A DNA stretch of 64,000 bases from IMG/VR virus record IMGVR_UViG_3300044638_008494, positions 32,001 to 96,000 of that record; one strand, written 5' to 3'. The DNA comes from a virus. Of this stretch, positions 7,722 through 19,391 are shown piece after piece. How positions within the stretch are numbered: position 1 is the stretch's first letter; every line of letters begins with the position of its first letter. The position numbers and the translations under genes were made by a program. The notes beneath the pieces are model-generated. The model saw only the letters and a program-made list of their open reading frames with translations. It had not been told where the DNA came from and searched no databases.

Positions 7722-9758
7722 TTATAGAAGCCCAGCCTGCTGAAGTAGCGCTATAGTTGCAGAATCAAGCTTTCCAGCGCTTGCTAGTTCTGCTATTGAA
7801 TTTAATATATTAGCACTAAGATTCGAACTTGTAGCTGATACTGGCACTTCTACAGCTGGAGAAATATTTACTTCCAACCTTACAGAACTACCAGCTGGAC
7901 TACCAAGGATCCTAACAGCCTCTCTATACCTTTCCGCCAAATCTAAAATACTATTATCCTTCCCCCTAAACTGGTTTAAATTTAAACTAAAAATTTGCCT
8001 AAACTCTCTCTCTTCTGAAGGTTCGATTTCTATTGTAGACTCATCGACTATTGATGACTGATCTGTATGCTGGAAAAAAGTATCACACTGTACTGGATTT
8101 GGAAAATAATATCTACCAGGGGTTAAATCTTTTAATGTCTCACCAAGCTTGCACGACCTGAAAGATTGTTCTCCGGATTTGACATATAAATTGTATGGGG
8201 CTTTTATTGCTTTTTTAACATATCTTTTATAATATTTTTGTTTATATATTGGACCATCGTAAGTAACTGTACCAGCAGACCACCAAGGCTCATCGCTCAT
8301 ATATGAAGCTCTAATTGCCTTAGGGTATGGCAAAAGTTCTCCATTTTTCTTCGATGTTCTGCAAAAAAGCCTATCTAATTTTAAATCTAAAAAAGTTCTA
8401 GTAAGTTCGCAGCCAAGAGATGGGCATTGTCGCTCAACAACATCACCAAATGATGCACCACCATCAGCAGAAAATTTAACATCAGCATATTCTGGATTTA
8501 TTCCAGATGGAATATCACAATGAATCCACCCAAAATTTCCAATTCCAGAAATTAAATTCTGATTTTTATTTTTAACAGCAACATCGGTAATTGTGATTTT
8601 TCCACCAGAAGATATTGCCCCCTTAAATCCATCAACTACATATTTATTATTTCCATTCCCAGTAGTAAAGGAAGCCTCTGGGATTTTATTGTCCGAACTG
8701 TTATATTCAAATTCATTTATGGTAGGAATTTTTTTACCATAAAGATCTATTCCATAAGATCCCTCTTCGGCGCTAATTGTTCCTAGCATATGATCAGCTT
8801 TGCCACCAATGAAAACGCTCTCATCAGCCAAATGGTTTAATTTTATATCTTTTTCGCCAAAATTAAATTTACTTTGCATTTCACGCCCCCAATCATCTAA
8901 AAATTTTTGGTCGCTATATGGAACTCCACCAATCCTGTCTAATAAAAATATTTTGGCTTCATATTCCCTTACTGCAAACCATCCATCCATACATTGGCGT
9001 AATATGCAAAAAGCCACGCAATGGCAATAATTGCAATTTACCGAATTCAAAATTGTATACTCATACCATCCAATATTTGGCTCAGGGCCTCTGGCTATTC
9101 TACCATACCAGTCCAGAACAAACCCTGTATTAAAATATGGAAAGTGATCTTTATTATTGACATCCCAATAATTATCAATATTATCTGTTAAACTATTCAT
9201 CATTGACCACGGCCATCCGCATTGTACATCTTCATAAGTGCAAGGATAGCACGGCTCTCCGCAACCAAACCAAAATGATAAAAATAGTGGGGAAAATCCA
9301 CCCAAAATTGTACCATCATCTCTCCATTTAACTACTTTACCATTAATTTCATTAATACTTTCACTAACTATTCCATGCATTTTATGCAGTCTAAAAGTAT
9401 CTGTTTTTCCAGCCTGACCAATGTATTGATTTTCAAACCAAAATGGATTGGCAATAGCAAAACTGCTTATACATCTAGGATCTGTTTTAATAATATCTTC
9501 TTGTAAAATAAATCCCTTATCATAAAAAAAACCATTTACATACCATCCTTGCAAATAATCACCAGGATTGTATCCAGCAGTTGCATCATAATCACAAAAA
9601 AACTTTAATCCTCTTGGGGGAAATTGCCAAGGGTCTTTGAACCAATCCACATAGTAAGCATATGTTCTAGAACTCCCTACAAAATAATTGCCTTGATTGC
9701 ATAAGGATGAGTCAATACAATCATTATCAGACAAATCTAGAGTTAAATCGATTGGCAT
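7722..9758 (-). CDS. Cys/Trp-rich hypothetical protein, last gene of the tail operon
   Basis: 678-aa ORF; position only. Confidence 0.6.
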   Translation of the reverse strand: MPIDLTLDLSDNDCIDSSLCNQGNYFVGSSRTYAYYVDWFKDPWQFPPRGLKFFCDYDATAGYNPGDYLQGWYVNGFFYDKGFILQEDIIKTDPRCISSFAIANPFWFENQYIGQAGKTDTFRLHKMHGIVSESINEINGKVVKWRDDGTILGGFSPLFLSFWFGCGEPCYPCTYEDVQCGWPWSMMNSLTDNIDNYWDVNNKDHFPYFNTGFVLDWYGRIARGPEPNIGWYEYTILNSVNCNYCHCVAFCILRQCMDGWFAVREYEAKIFLLDRIGGVPYSDQKFLDDWGREMQSKFNFGEKDIKLNHLADESVFIGGKADHMLGTISAEEGSYGIDLYGKKIPTINEFEYNSSDNKIPEASFTTGNGNNKYVVDGFKGAISSGGKITITDVAVKNKNQNLISGIGNFGWIHCDIPSGINPEYADVKFSADGGASFGDVVERQCPSLGCELTRTFLDLKLDRLFCRTSKKNGELLPYPKAIRASYMSDEPWWSAGTVTYDGPIYKQKYYKRYVKKAIKAPYNLYVKSGEQSFRSCKLGETLKDLTPGRYYFPNPVQCDTFFQHTDQSSIVDESTIEIEPSEEREFRQIFSLNLNQFRGKDNSILDLAERYREAVRILGSPAGSSVRLEVNISPAVEVPVSATSSNLSANILNSIAELASAGKLDSATIALLQQAGLL

Positions 9759-9769
9759 TTTGATTAAAC

Positions 9770-10252
9770 TTACGGCTCCGGCGCAAAAGGCGCAGGCAGT
9801 AAAAAGAAATATTTACATGATTGCATAACCATAACATTGTTATACATATGCCTATAAACGATTAATTCACCGGAGTTTGTGTTTACAAATTTCCCCTGCA
9901 CTTTTTGATTTTTTGTAACAGAAAATATTGGAGCATACAATGCTGTTTGATCTTTTATTTTTTTTGAAGACCCAGAGTAAGATATTGTTTGCGGGTAATC
10001 CTGCCACCATTTATCATCGCTTATAACTTTAACTTCTTGAATCCCCCCATTGTTAAAAGTTAATTTTAAATATACTTTTACACTCTCTGTGATTATATTC
10101 GCAGGCATTGATAATCTTGTCGCAGAAGCCAAATCTGTTCCATCTGCAAAAAGAAAAGAATCATACGACATTCTAAATGAATTTCCAACTATTATTGGCG
10201 CGAATGGTCCGCCTACATTTGATGTACTGAAAATTGGACTTACTGGTCTCAT
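9770..10252 (-). CDS. Hypothetical tail-region protein
   Basis: 160-aa ORF in the operon. Confidence 0.6.
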   Translation of the reverse strand: MRPVSPIFSTSNVGGPFAPIIVGNSFRMSYDSFLFADGTDLASATRLSMPANIITESVKVYLKLTFNNGGIQEVKVISDDKWWQDYPQTISYSGSSKKIKDQTALYAPIFSVTKNQKVQGKFVNTNSGELIVYRHMYNNVMVMQSCKYFFLLPAPFAPEP

Positions 10253-10253
10253 A

Positions 10254-12167
10254 TTAATATTTTTGCTCTGTTATGGTATAATTTGCTCGTAATTGTCTAT
10301 AAATATCTTCATCAGTAAATAATAATCCAGAATACGTTGCTCCATTTGTTCCAGATATAATATACATAGCCTGTCCAAGAAATTCAAAAGAATTATTAAA
10401 TTCAATTTGTTTGCTTATCATTAAATTATAACTTTGGTAATTTAAAAATGGAACAGTTTTGATGTATCCTGTAATTTGATTTTTATCATGCAATTCATCA
10501 CCATTAATTTGCAGAGTTATATTTCTATCGCTATAAATATTAAATCCACTCTCTATGTTTCCGAATATCCCACTTGAAATTAAATTATTATTTTCATTAT
10601 ATAAGCTATTTCCGTTTGATAAGTATATATTATCTTTATAATACACTGGCAACTGCCCAGTTAAGCCATCTCCAGTTATTCCGGTCATTGTTCCTGAAAA
10701 ATACCCAGAAGCACTTCCTGAAAATAAAACTATATATTGTTTATTATAATTAAACTCTATTTCTGGAACATTAAATGTAAAATATTCTCCTGATAAGTAT
10801 TTTCCAGTCAAATTATTGAAATTGCGCCCACTTTCATATATCTTATTAAATCCAGTTAAGCTTCCGGTAAAACCATTTCCTTCATACAAATATAAATACA
10901 ATGAACCGCTTGGATTATTTCTTATAATCCCAGATTTCCATTGAGATGCATTATTTCCTAAAATTATATTGGGTGGCATTACAGCACCACTCAACCCACT
11001 AATTCCAGTAGGCACTATGCCGCTCAATCCTGTTGGTACGCCACTTTTATACAAATTAACAGTAATGCCTGTTATGGTCCAATATTTTTTATGGTACTCT
11101 TGAATTCCGCTCTGTTGAAAAATTCTTCCACCAAATTCACTATTTGTGATATAGCCATTAGATGTATTACTGTATATATTTTGATTATTATTAGTATTGC
11201 TTGATAATATTAAATTATTCTTTACCGGAAGATCAAAATTAAACCATGCAGTTGTATTTGCAGTATTTGGCTTTATAAACCATGATCCAGTAAAACTATC
11301 TTGATATCCATTTAAAAATCTATTATTGTTTTGCAAGCCAGACAAAGTTACAAAAAATCCAGAAGTTTTAGAATAGGTGCTATATAAGTCTAGAATAATA
11401 TTCCAGTTTGAATATAAATCTGAAATATTTAGCGTATCCAAAGATCCAACAACTACATTTCCTACAACGCTTAAAACGCCTGATTCAAGTGGATTTGAAA
11501 ATCTTAATATTGATAATGTTTGATTTATAGTTCCAAAATTTGTATTTAAAACTAACGGAAGATAATAGCTAGAATACGGTTCGCTTTGTAAAATTGTTAA
11601 ATCTACGTAAGACTGTGGATCTATCTGTATATTTTTATTTTGATTTCCAGAAAAAACAAAATAATTAGTAGCGTTACTTGTAGGATTTATATTAATATCA
11701 TGTACAACAAATGGAAATGAATTATTTTGATCGCCAGATATTTTTAAATTTAATGGATTTTTATAATAATCAGCCTGCTTATATATAATATTATATAACG
11801 GCCTGTCTCCATTTATTTTAATATCTAAATCTTTTTCAAAATTCAAACTACCGTTCCAAGATAAATTTATTCCAGAGCAAAATCCATAATCTCCTGTTGT
11901 ATTATAAATAATATTATTGTCAATAGATAAATTAAAATTATTTTTTGATAAATTTCCAGATAGATTAAAAAATTTATTTTTTGGATCAACAAAATATATA
12001 AAATTATCACTTTTATCTTTTATCTTGCCACTTTCTATTGTAATTTTTTCTCGCACATTTTGAGATAAAAAATCAAAATTCGTACTATAAAAATTATCAT
12101 AATTCATATAGCTTATGCTAAATGATATTCCACTTTGAGGATAAAAATTTATACCAGAATATTTCAT
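10254..12167 (-). CDS. Asn- and SG/TG-rich putative tail structural protein
   Basis: Beta-rich composition, internal VPTGLSG/VPTGISG repeat, tail operon position. Confidence 0.55.
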   Translation of the reverse strand: MKYSGINFYPQSGISFSISYMNYDNFYSTNFDFLSQNVREKITIESGKIKDKSDNFIYFVDPKNKFFNLSGNLSKNNFNLSIDNNIIYNTTGDYGFCSGINLSWNGSLNFEKDLDIKINGDRPLYNIIYKQADYYKNPLNLKISGDQNNSFPFVVHDININPTSNATNYFVFSGNQNKNIQIDPQSYVDLTILQSEPYSSYYLPLVLNTNFGTINQTLSILRFSNPLESGVLSVVGNVVVGSLDTLNISDLYSNWNIILDLYSTYSKTSGFFVTLSGLQNNNRFLNGYQDSFTGSWFIKPNTANTTAWFNFDLPVKNNLILSSNTNNNQNIYSNTSNGYITNSEFGGRIFQQSGIQEYHKKYWTITGITVNLYKSGVPTGLSGIVPTGISGLSGAVMPPNIILGNNASQWKSGIIRNNPSGSLYLYLYEGNGFTGSLTGFNKIYESGRNFNNLTGKYLSGEYFTFNVPEIEFNYNKQYIVLFSGSASGYFSGTMTGITGDGLTGQLPVYYKDNIYLSNGNSLYNENNNLISSGIFGNIESGFNIYSDRNITLQINGDELHDKNQITGYIKTVPFLNYQSYNLMISKQIEFNNSFEFLGQAMYIISGTNGATYSGLLFTDEDIYRQLRANYTITEQKY

Positions 12168-14464
12168 GACATTCTATTACTGACGTTTGTTTGAACTGCC
12201 GAGACAAGATTTCTTTGCAGTTTAGGTTTAAATGGTATGTCTTTATAACTATATGAAACTAAAAGACCAGCACTATCTACAGTTGCCGTTAATGACTGTA
12301 AGGTTGGGACAATTGGCAAATAAAATCCATCACATGTTGCACTATAAGTTTTTAATGGCTCCGTTGTGCCCCCAGATTCTGGCGTGTAAAGTTCTTCTCG
12401 AACATCCGTTTCTTGCGGGGTAATATCTGAAATATTTACAGTATGTGATAATGCTGTACTGCTAATTCCTCCACTTTTTGCCCATGTATTGCTTGGCGAA
12501 GTATTTCCATTAGCAATAGTTTTAGAATATTGCGCGGTAGTTCTTCTAACAACTCTATACTTAGAAAAAGATGGATATACAAATAAAACGGTCTGACCAT
12601 TGCAAGAACATACATTTCCAAAACCACGAGCAGATCCCAAACCAGGAAGGGGAGCGCTTTCGGTATCATCATACGAGGTATCGTCATCGAAATCTTTAAT
12701 AACACTTTTACATGGATTATTGTATTCCTTGTCTTTTTCTGCTGCCTCTTCTAGTGCTTTTTCTTGATCTTCATTACTTATTGCATTTGGATCCTCGTAA
12801 CCAATTGTATCAGGAAGATCATTATAGTTAGTAAATTGTGGCATTATTGTAGATCCAGCAGTTACTAGTGGAAAAATTCCACGCTTTGGGTATCTTACAT
12901 ATACTATCCTAAAGCCATCATTTTCAATTGAACTTCTTAAACTTCCAGGAGCTACGACCTGCTTTTCGTTTCCGCCGCCAAGATCAATCCATGAATATCC
13001 ATTATTATTATCGTAAAGACTGCAAAAAATATCATGACTTACTCCGACAAAACAATCCTGCACTGCATCATCAAACTCGGATGAGTCAGAGTTGCCTTCT
13101 ATCCAAGTAGAAACTGACCTCCACAACCCCATTCTTACAAGACCAACCTCATCTTCCCATGTTCCACCTATTGGATTCAATCCTCGCCTAGTTGTTGCTG
13201 GACTATATTCTACGCGCTTTATTTTTAATGACCCGTCTGCCAATGAGCCTAACCGCGAAACATCAGATGTATTGCTATATGGATAAAAAAGTTCCATATT
13301 TTTTGGTGGCTTCTGTATATTCTCCAAATCTTTAACTAAATAAAATGAACCACCCTCTCCAACACCCAAATATTCCAATATGTTAGCTCTCAAACTTTTG
13401 TTAAAATTAAAATTATATTTATAATATAAATTTTCTCTTTCATCCCCAGATGGGGAACCGGGTATACCAATTGATCCATAATTTTTTAGCCCAACTAAGC
13501 TAAAATTTTCTCCCCAAACAGCATATGCAGTTCTGTAGGCTGGTATGGTATCAAATAGTATGTCAAAAGCAGATGGATAATTTGGGTGAGGTATTGGAGA
13601 TACGTCAAACGAATCATGAACTACAGTTGATGCAGATCCATCAATGGCTTCGAAACTTTTATCTCTTTGAAAAAGCCAAGAAGAAAGCGTATATGTCCCT
13701 TCTTTTGTCCATCCTTCGTCTACAGATAAAATTCCGCAACCTTCTTTTGGTAAATCTTCTGGAACAGAAATGCTACCATTGAATTTTTTCAATGCCTGTC
13801 TGGCCGTTGCATATCTCCAATCCCACCAATAATAACATCCAACATCATTATATATGCTAGCAAGAACAGTTCTGTAAGATCCCTCATAAGACACCCTTCC
13901 GCCAGAAATATTTGGAGCGCCAATAATATTCAAAGCTTCATTTGGATCATAATCCACATCACTTGGTTCACAAGGGTTAGTTGTAAATTTTTCTCTTCCC
14001 AATCCGCCCGCACCAGTGCCTTGAAACCTTGACACAACATAATACTCATCCCTTGTTTCTATTCTAAATTCAACACCGCGACTTCCTGCAGAAATTCTTA
14101 ATCTGGTAATTCTTAATGTTTTACCTACTGTTGTGGTAGTAGATGGCAATCCTCTTCTAAATAAAACTATAGAATTCTGATCCAGATATATAGAATTATC
14201 CATATATTGATAAGTTATTAAATTTTTACCTTGCTCATAATGCCTATTATATCCAATGAGCGTTCCGGCAAATTGAATTCCATTAAAATTTAATACCTGA
14301 GCATTTTGATTAAAATTTGATTGAAACGCTCCACCACCAGCTGCAATTTCGCCAGCAGCGAGCGTTGTTACCGATAATTTTGCTGGAGAATCTGTAACTG
14401 AAGCACTTAAAGAAACATTGATAATTCCCTGATTTGCCCCAATCGATCTGATATTTATTGCCAT
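12164..14464 (-). CDS. Putative tail-tip / baseplate hub-like protein
   Basis: 766 aa, downstream of the TMP and the Dit-like genes; assigned by position. Confidence 0.4.
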   Translation of the reverse strand: MAINIRSIGANQGIINVSLSASVTDSPAKLSVTTLAAGEIAAGGGAFQSNFNQNAQVLNFNGIQFAGTLIGYNRHYEQGKNLITYQYMDNSIYLDQNSIVLFRRGLPSTTTTVGKTLRITRLRISAGSRGVEFRIETRDEYYVVSRFQGTGAGGLGREKFTTNPCEPSDVDYDPNEALNIIGAPNISGGRVSYEGSYRTVLASIYNDVGCYYWWDWRYATARQALKKFNGSISVPEDLPKEGCGILSVDEGWTKEGTYTLSSWLFQRDKSFEAIDGSASTVVHDSFDVSPIPHPNYPSAFDILFDTIPAYRTAYAVWGENFSLVGLKNYGSIGIPGSPSGDERENLYYKYNFNFNKSLRANILEYLGVGEGGSFYLVKDLENIQKPPKNMELFYPYSNTSDVSRLGSLADGSLKIKRVEYSPATTRRGLNPIGGTWEDEVGLVRMGLWRSVSTWIEGNSDSSEFDDAVQDCFVGVSHDIFCSLYDNNNGYSWIDLGGGNEKQVVAPGSLRSSIENDGFRIVYVRYPKRGIFPLVTAGSTIMPQFTNYNDLPDTIGYEDPNAISNEDQEKALEEAAEKDKEYNNPCKSVIKDFDDDTSYDDTESAPLPGLGSARGFGNVCSCNGQTVLFVYPSFSKYRVVRRTTAQYSKTIANGNTSPSNTWAKSGGISSTALSHTVNISDITPQETDVREELYTPESGGTTEPLKTYSATCDGFYLPIVPTLQSLTATVDSAGLLVSYSYKDIPFKPKLQRNLVSAVQTNVSNRMS

Positions 14465-14482
14465 TTATTTTATTTAATATTA

Positions 14483-16285
14483 TTATATTTCAAATAATAT
14501 ATTTCCTCCATTTTTTATATAAAAAAGACTACTTGCTAAAAACTCATCTTCTAGCTCAATATAGTCTATATTATTTGTATACCTTACCCCATTAAGCCAA
14601 ACAGATGATGTATTTTTTGCTATACTATTTACATTAAATAATCTTCCAGAATCATTTAATACATATTTTATTTTAAAATTTTTATTAGCAATATTTTGTG
14701 TGGAAATTATATTATAACCAGAAGGAATGTTTCTTAATATTTTATTTGGCAGCTGATAGTCCATACCAGATGCAAGTAATTGTCCATTTAAAAAACATAA
14801 TTTATTACTAAAATTAATATTATTAATATTAGATCCGCTACTTATATTTCCAGTTACTATGTATTCTTGATTTGGCCAAGAATCAATTAAAATATTGCTC
14901 GTAGACAATTCAGAAGATATGCGATTGGTATATATGTATGCTCCGGTTGTAAAATAGTCTCTTGTTGGATTATAAAAAATTTGACCGCTGGAAACAATAG
15001 GATTATATGACTGTTCTTTTATTTGTAATTGGCCGTTATAATAATACCCAGAAACATTTTGCAAATTATTAGAAAGGGTTGGCTTAAGTCGATTTGTATT
15101 ATTTTCAAATATTGCATTTGAATATCCAATATTGTCATCATATAAATTTGAACCAAGAATAAACAGCCTATCGCTATTATCAATTGAATTATTTAAAAAT
15201 ATATAATCTACATATTCTGTTATATATTTATAATTAGAAGCTATAGGCAATTTATTAATAATAGTGTATTCAAGAACATAGCCAGATTCAAATTCAAAAT
15301 TTCTAATTCCTGTTAGTGTTTGACACACATTAACATTTATTGTTTGCGGCGTAAATCCACTTATTCCATTATTTGATACGCCTTGTAGAAATTCATTGTA
15401 TATTTCATTGTTAAAATCATTAAGCTCTATATGGCTAGCAAAATATGTTGACTCATCTGTTAATTGAACAAACGATCCAGTCGTTTCTTGCCTAACGTAA
15501 CACCTAACCAATTCAATAATTTCAGAATCAATAATGCCTGTCGTTCCGCTTATTAATCCAGTCAATATCTGATCTTGCAAATCTATAACGCTACCACTAA
15601 TGAATGACTGCTCGTAATAAGATTTATTAAAAACAGAAAGATCATAAATAAATATATCTGATATTTTTGCCTTCAATAAGTTCTTGCTGTTTTCAAAATT
15701 AATTCCACTGCCTAAAGTATAATTATTAGAATAATTATTATTTATATCTCCGAATTGAACTGTTGATTTGTTAATAGATTTATTAATAGAACTATAACAT
15801 CCAACCGAATAATTTATTGGAGATATTTCACAATAAAAAATACCTGTTTTTGGAGCCTTGGCGTTATGACAATATGTTATTGGTCCAATAATATTATCAT
15901 AATATTCTATATATGGAAAACCAAATGGACTTATTCCAAAATTAACTCCTGAATATGTTGAATTTGTTTTTCCAAAAGAGGAAATGAAAACGTTATTTTG
16001 TCCAGTAAAACTCTCTATTTCATATGTCATTAGAAACGCAACATTTTGAGAATTTAAATTTCTAATTTTTGCAAAATCTTTATCTAAAAATCCAACCCCA
16101 CTATATTTCCAAAAATTATTAGGATTAGCTATTTCTAAATTCAAAGATTGAGCAGACCATGCAGATCCAGATAATATTGACTTGCCGCTAACTCCACTTT
16201 CATTAAAATCAAAATATGCAAAAGCCGTATTTTTATTAAAAAACGGGTCTTTCTCTAAAAAAAACTGTGTAGATTTATTTGACAT
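14483..16285 (-). CDS. Tail-region protein with a possible N-terminal LamG/ConA-like domain
   Basis: AYFDFNE start and KISDIFIY strand; repeated NGQL..G.DY / NGVR...DY motifs near the C-terminus. Confidence 0.45.
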   Translation of the reverse strand: MSNKSTQFFLEKDPFFNKNTAFAYFDFNESGVSGKSILSGSAWSAQSLNLEIANPNNFWKYSGVGFLDKDFAKIRNLNSQNVAFLMTYEIESFTGQNNVFISSFGKTNSTYSGVNFGISPFGFPYIEYYDNIIGPITYCHNAKAPKTGIFYCEISPINYSVGCYSSINKSINKSTVQFGDINNNYSNNYTLGSGINFENSKNLLKAKISDIFIYDLSVFNKSYYEQSFISGSVIDLQDQILTGLISGTTGIIDSEIIELVRCYVRQETTGSFVQLTDESTYFASHIELNDFNNEIYNEFLQGVSNNGISGFTPQTINVNVCQTLTGIRNFEFESGYVLEYTIINKLPIASNYKYITEYVDYIFLNNSIDNSDRLFILGSNLYDDNIGYSNAIFENNTNRLKPTLSNNLQNVSGYYYNGQLQIKEQSYNPIVSSGQIFYNPTRDYFTTGAYIYTNRISSELSTSNILIDSWPNQEYIVTGNISSGSNINNINFSNKLCFLNGQLLASGMDYQLPNKILRNIPSGYNIISTQNIANKNFKIKYVLNDSGRLFNVNSIAKNTSSVWLNGVRYTNNIDYIELEDEFLASSLFYIKNGGNILFEI

Positions 16286-16289
16286 ATTT

Positions 16290-17825
16290 TTATTCAGTAT
16301 ATACGTAAGTAAAACTTACTTTCCTACCATCAAGATCCTCATTTATAGTTTTTGCTGTTAAAATCGAAAGCTTATATTCATTTACAATTTGTTGTATAAA
16401 ATTCAAAGTATCAATATACTTTCCACTTTCAAATGAGGCATTTCCCTGTATTTGTATTGTTTGTGGCTGCTCATGAGTTCCATAAGCGCTCCATTCAGAA
16501 CAAAGTGGCTGTTTAAATTCATATTGCTGCAAAGAGTATGATTTTGTTATCCCATATGTTAAAGATTTTATATAGCACGGTATTACTGTATTTATCTTAT
16601 TAATACTCCAATTACATTTATAAATTATTTTAGATGCAGACTCGCTATATGTAACGTTTTCCTGTGCAAGTTTAAAATATGATAAATTATAATCATTATT
16701 ATTAAATTCATCTATGTTTTTTATAAATTCATTTAGTGGGTTAAATTTAGTATTAAAATAATCAACAACGCGAGTGTATCTTTCGGATTGATTTCCAACT
16801 CTGCATGTTATTTCCGAGACCATTTCTGCCGAATCTTGGTCGGCCTGTATATCGTATCCAAGATTAAAAGATGCCGTAGATTTGACAGCTATTATTGGAC
16901 TATTATCATTATTGAATACTGCGTTGAATTCAATAGTGTTACTTTGCAAGTTCTCATTAACACCAGAAGTTAAATAAAATGAATTAAGATCTCCATTATT
17001 TGTACATCCACTATAAACATCAAAAGCCAAACTCCACAAATCTAAAGTTTTATATTGATTTCTTACATTTTGTATGTTATTTCCCAACCCGCCTTCGATA
17101 CTTCCGTTAATACTAACCGTAGTAAAATTATCAAGATCTTTATTAATTGTATTGCTATATCTTATAATTCCAGTAACAATATTTGCTTGATCAAATATAT
17201 AATCTTCTTTTATTGAATATGTTCCATTCAAACGATCTGAAAATTCTGAAATTGAAACAAGTGTTGGCAAATTATTATCATGAATATTAATAAAAGCAGG
17301 TTTAATAAAATTATTTAATCCAGTCCTTGAGTATACCCAGTTCCTTGCGTTATAAATTGCTGCGTTTTTATTAGTCACACCATTTGCCGAGACTGAGTGG
17401 CTTATATTTACGCTTCTATTATTATTTTCTTCTACAACAAATTCATCTACAGGATTGGTTACAAAATGTTTTCCGCTAAACGATAATGGATCAAAAACTT
17501 CCACATTAACAGTAAATGGCAAAATATACGCATAGTTTGATTCATCAAAAGATATATCTCTAATAATAACATTATCGGCATTATAGATAATATTATTATC
17601 TTCTTTAATTTGAAAATTTTTGAAATTTTGCGCGAAATTACTTACCAACTGCTGCTGTTTTAATAACATGCCACTAAAACCCACACCACAGCCTACAATC
17701 TCCCCCTCTAAATTAAAAGTGTCAATAGATTGCCACCAACCATCACTTTCTCTATTAAAAGAGACAAATGGAGTGTAGCATATTCCACTAAATGCATTTT
17801 TATTATTATACCAAATTTCATTCAT
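16290..17825 (-). CDS. Putative distal-tail (Dit-like) protein
   Basis: Second gene after the TMP; appears paralogous to 17818..19389 (both have an ISHS/YSH strand then a TYS/TFS-x-x-E motif). Confidence 0.45.
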   Translation of the reverse strand: MNEIWYNNKNAFSGICYTPFVSFNRESDGWWQSIDTFNLEGEIVGCGVGFSGMLLKQQQLVSNFAQNFKNFQIKEDNNIIYNADNVIIRDISFDESNYAYILPFTVNVEVFDPLSFSGKHFVTNPVDEFVVEENNNRSVNISHSVSANGVTNKNAAIYNARNWVYSRTGLNNFIKPAFINIHDNNLPTLVSISEFSDRLNGTYSIKEDYIFDQANIVTGIIRYSNTINKDLDNFTTVSINGSIEGGLGNNIQNVRNQYKTLDLWSLAFDVYSGCTNNGDLNSFYLTSGVNENLQSNTIEFNAVFNNDNSPIIAVKSTASFNLGYDIQADQDSAEMVSEITCRVGNQSERYTRVVDYFNTKFNPLNEFIKNIDEFNNNDYNLSYFKLAQENVTYSESASKIIYKCNWSINKINTVIPCYIKSLTYGITKSYSLQQYEFKQPLCSEWSAYGTHEQPQTIQIQGNASFESGKYIDTLNFIQQIVNEYKLSILTAKTINEDLDGRKVSFTYVYTE

Positions 17826-19389
17826 CGTCTATAGAAGTTACAGAGAATTGTGCGGTTCTTTCCATTGGATTTATGGATAATGTAGCGGATGTTGTTATTT
17901 CGCCCTCGCCGCCTTCATACATATCTTCAGGAAAAGTATTTAAAATCGTTTCCTTATTATATTTTCTTATTTTTGTTTTTGTTATTTCCTTAAAAGATTT
18001 TTGTTGGTGAAATTGTCTAACTAATTTATTAGATATTTTATATTCATCAAACAATCTTACTGGATAATTTATTGATTTAGACGATACACTTTCAGTATAT
18101 TCTCCTGATAAGTTTATGTTCCTATCAGAATATATTGCTGTATAATCAAGGTCGCCATTATACTTAGAAACTGTAAGTGATTTGTTTTTTAAATTTAAAA
18201 TTGGCTTTTTAATTTTATTACAAGAAATATTTTTATCTATTAAAGCCTCATAAGCATCATATGCAGCTGGATATAGTAAATTTATTTTTTGCTCATATCC
18301 ATATTTCATATTTTCATATTTTTCTTGCGAATTTAATGGCCCATGTCCTTTTATTTTTAAATTTACTTGCGATGCAGATTCATATGGATCCGCAAAATTC
18401 GTCGTTGCATCTAATATCCAAGAAAATCGTGATGATATAAACTTCTGATCAGAATATTTTGACTCTAATTGAATTCTTCCATCAAACCTATTGGCCTGAT
18501 ATCCTTGCGATACGGCAAATGAATTAAGAGTTCCGCTCGTATAATTCTGATAAAATGACTGGCATCTTGAATATGATAACCCTGAAATGGATTTTAATTT
18601 ATTTTTTGCTCCATCAAATCTTGGATCAGACAATCCCAGAATATCTGCAGTTTCTGTTACTTCTGATACGCCTTCTTCATTTCTTAACAAAGAATATGAA
18701 TAAAATACATCAGCATCATTATCTCCATTTATTGATTTTGAAAAACTTTCTTCAAAAGAAAAAGTTTTATTTATTAAATCATATGTTTCAGAATAATTTT
18801 TTTTAACTGAAAAAAAGTTATTACCACCGCTTAATAAAAAAAATGGAACCTCTTTTCCTATTATTCCAGACGCTATAGATTTAGCTATATTGCTTGCCAA
18901 ATTCCCAACCAAGGCATTATCGAATTCAATATTTAAATTATGACTGTATTCATAAACATTATTTCGATTCAAATTTAAATTAAAATTTTCAGAAAAATTT
19001 GTTATCAAAGACAATCTGTTATCGTTGATAAAATTAGACATACCGGTGAAATATGCACCGGTCATATTATACAAATTACCTGTGGATCTAATAATTATAT
19101 CTGCTGTATATTCTGCAGTTCTAACCCAATTAGAAGAATCTACGCTTATATTAGTTATATATCCAGAACCGAAATTATGGCCATTAATAATTATTTCACT
19201 TGTAGATTTTGATAAGTTAATCAAGTCATTCAGCCCACTAAAAACGCCACTAACACCTTGACTGTTTTGAAGGTCTAATAAGAGTCCTTGTATTTGTAAA
19301 TTTTTTTCTATAGCATAATTCAACCCATAATCTCCAAAGAATTTTGGACTATGCGTGTACGTTAGTAGAGTTGCATTATCAAAAATCAT
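17818..19389 (-). CDS. Putative distal-tail (Dit-like) protein
   Basis: Immediately after the TMP; INGHNFGSGYITNISVD is a tube/Dit-like strand motif. Confidence 0.45.
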   Translation of the reverse strand: MIFDNATLLTYTHSPKFFGDYGLNYAIEKNLQIQGLLLDLQNSQGVSGVFSGLNDLINLSKSTSEIIINGHNFGSGYITNISVDSSNWVRTAEYTADIIIRSTGNLYNMTGAYFTGMSNFINDNRLSLITNFSENFNLNLNRNNVYEYSHNLNIEFDNALVGNLASNIAKSIASGIIGKEVPFFLLSGGNNFFSVKKNYSETYDLINKTFSFEESFSKSINGDNDADVFYSYSLLRNEEGVSEVTETADILGLSDPRFDGAKNKLKSISGLSYSRCQSFYQNYTSGTLNSFAVSQGYQANRFDGRIQLESKYSDQKFISSRFSWILDATTNFADPYESASQVNLKIKGHGPLNSQEKYENMKYGYEQKINLLYPAAYDAYEALIDKNISCNKIKKPILNLKNKSLTVSKYNGDLDYTAIYSDRNINLSGEYTESVSSKSINYPVRLFDEYKISNKLVRQFHQQKSFKEITKTKIRKYNKETILNTFPEDMYEGGEGEITTSATLSINPMERTAQFSVTSIDDE

Positions 19390-19391
19390 AT

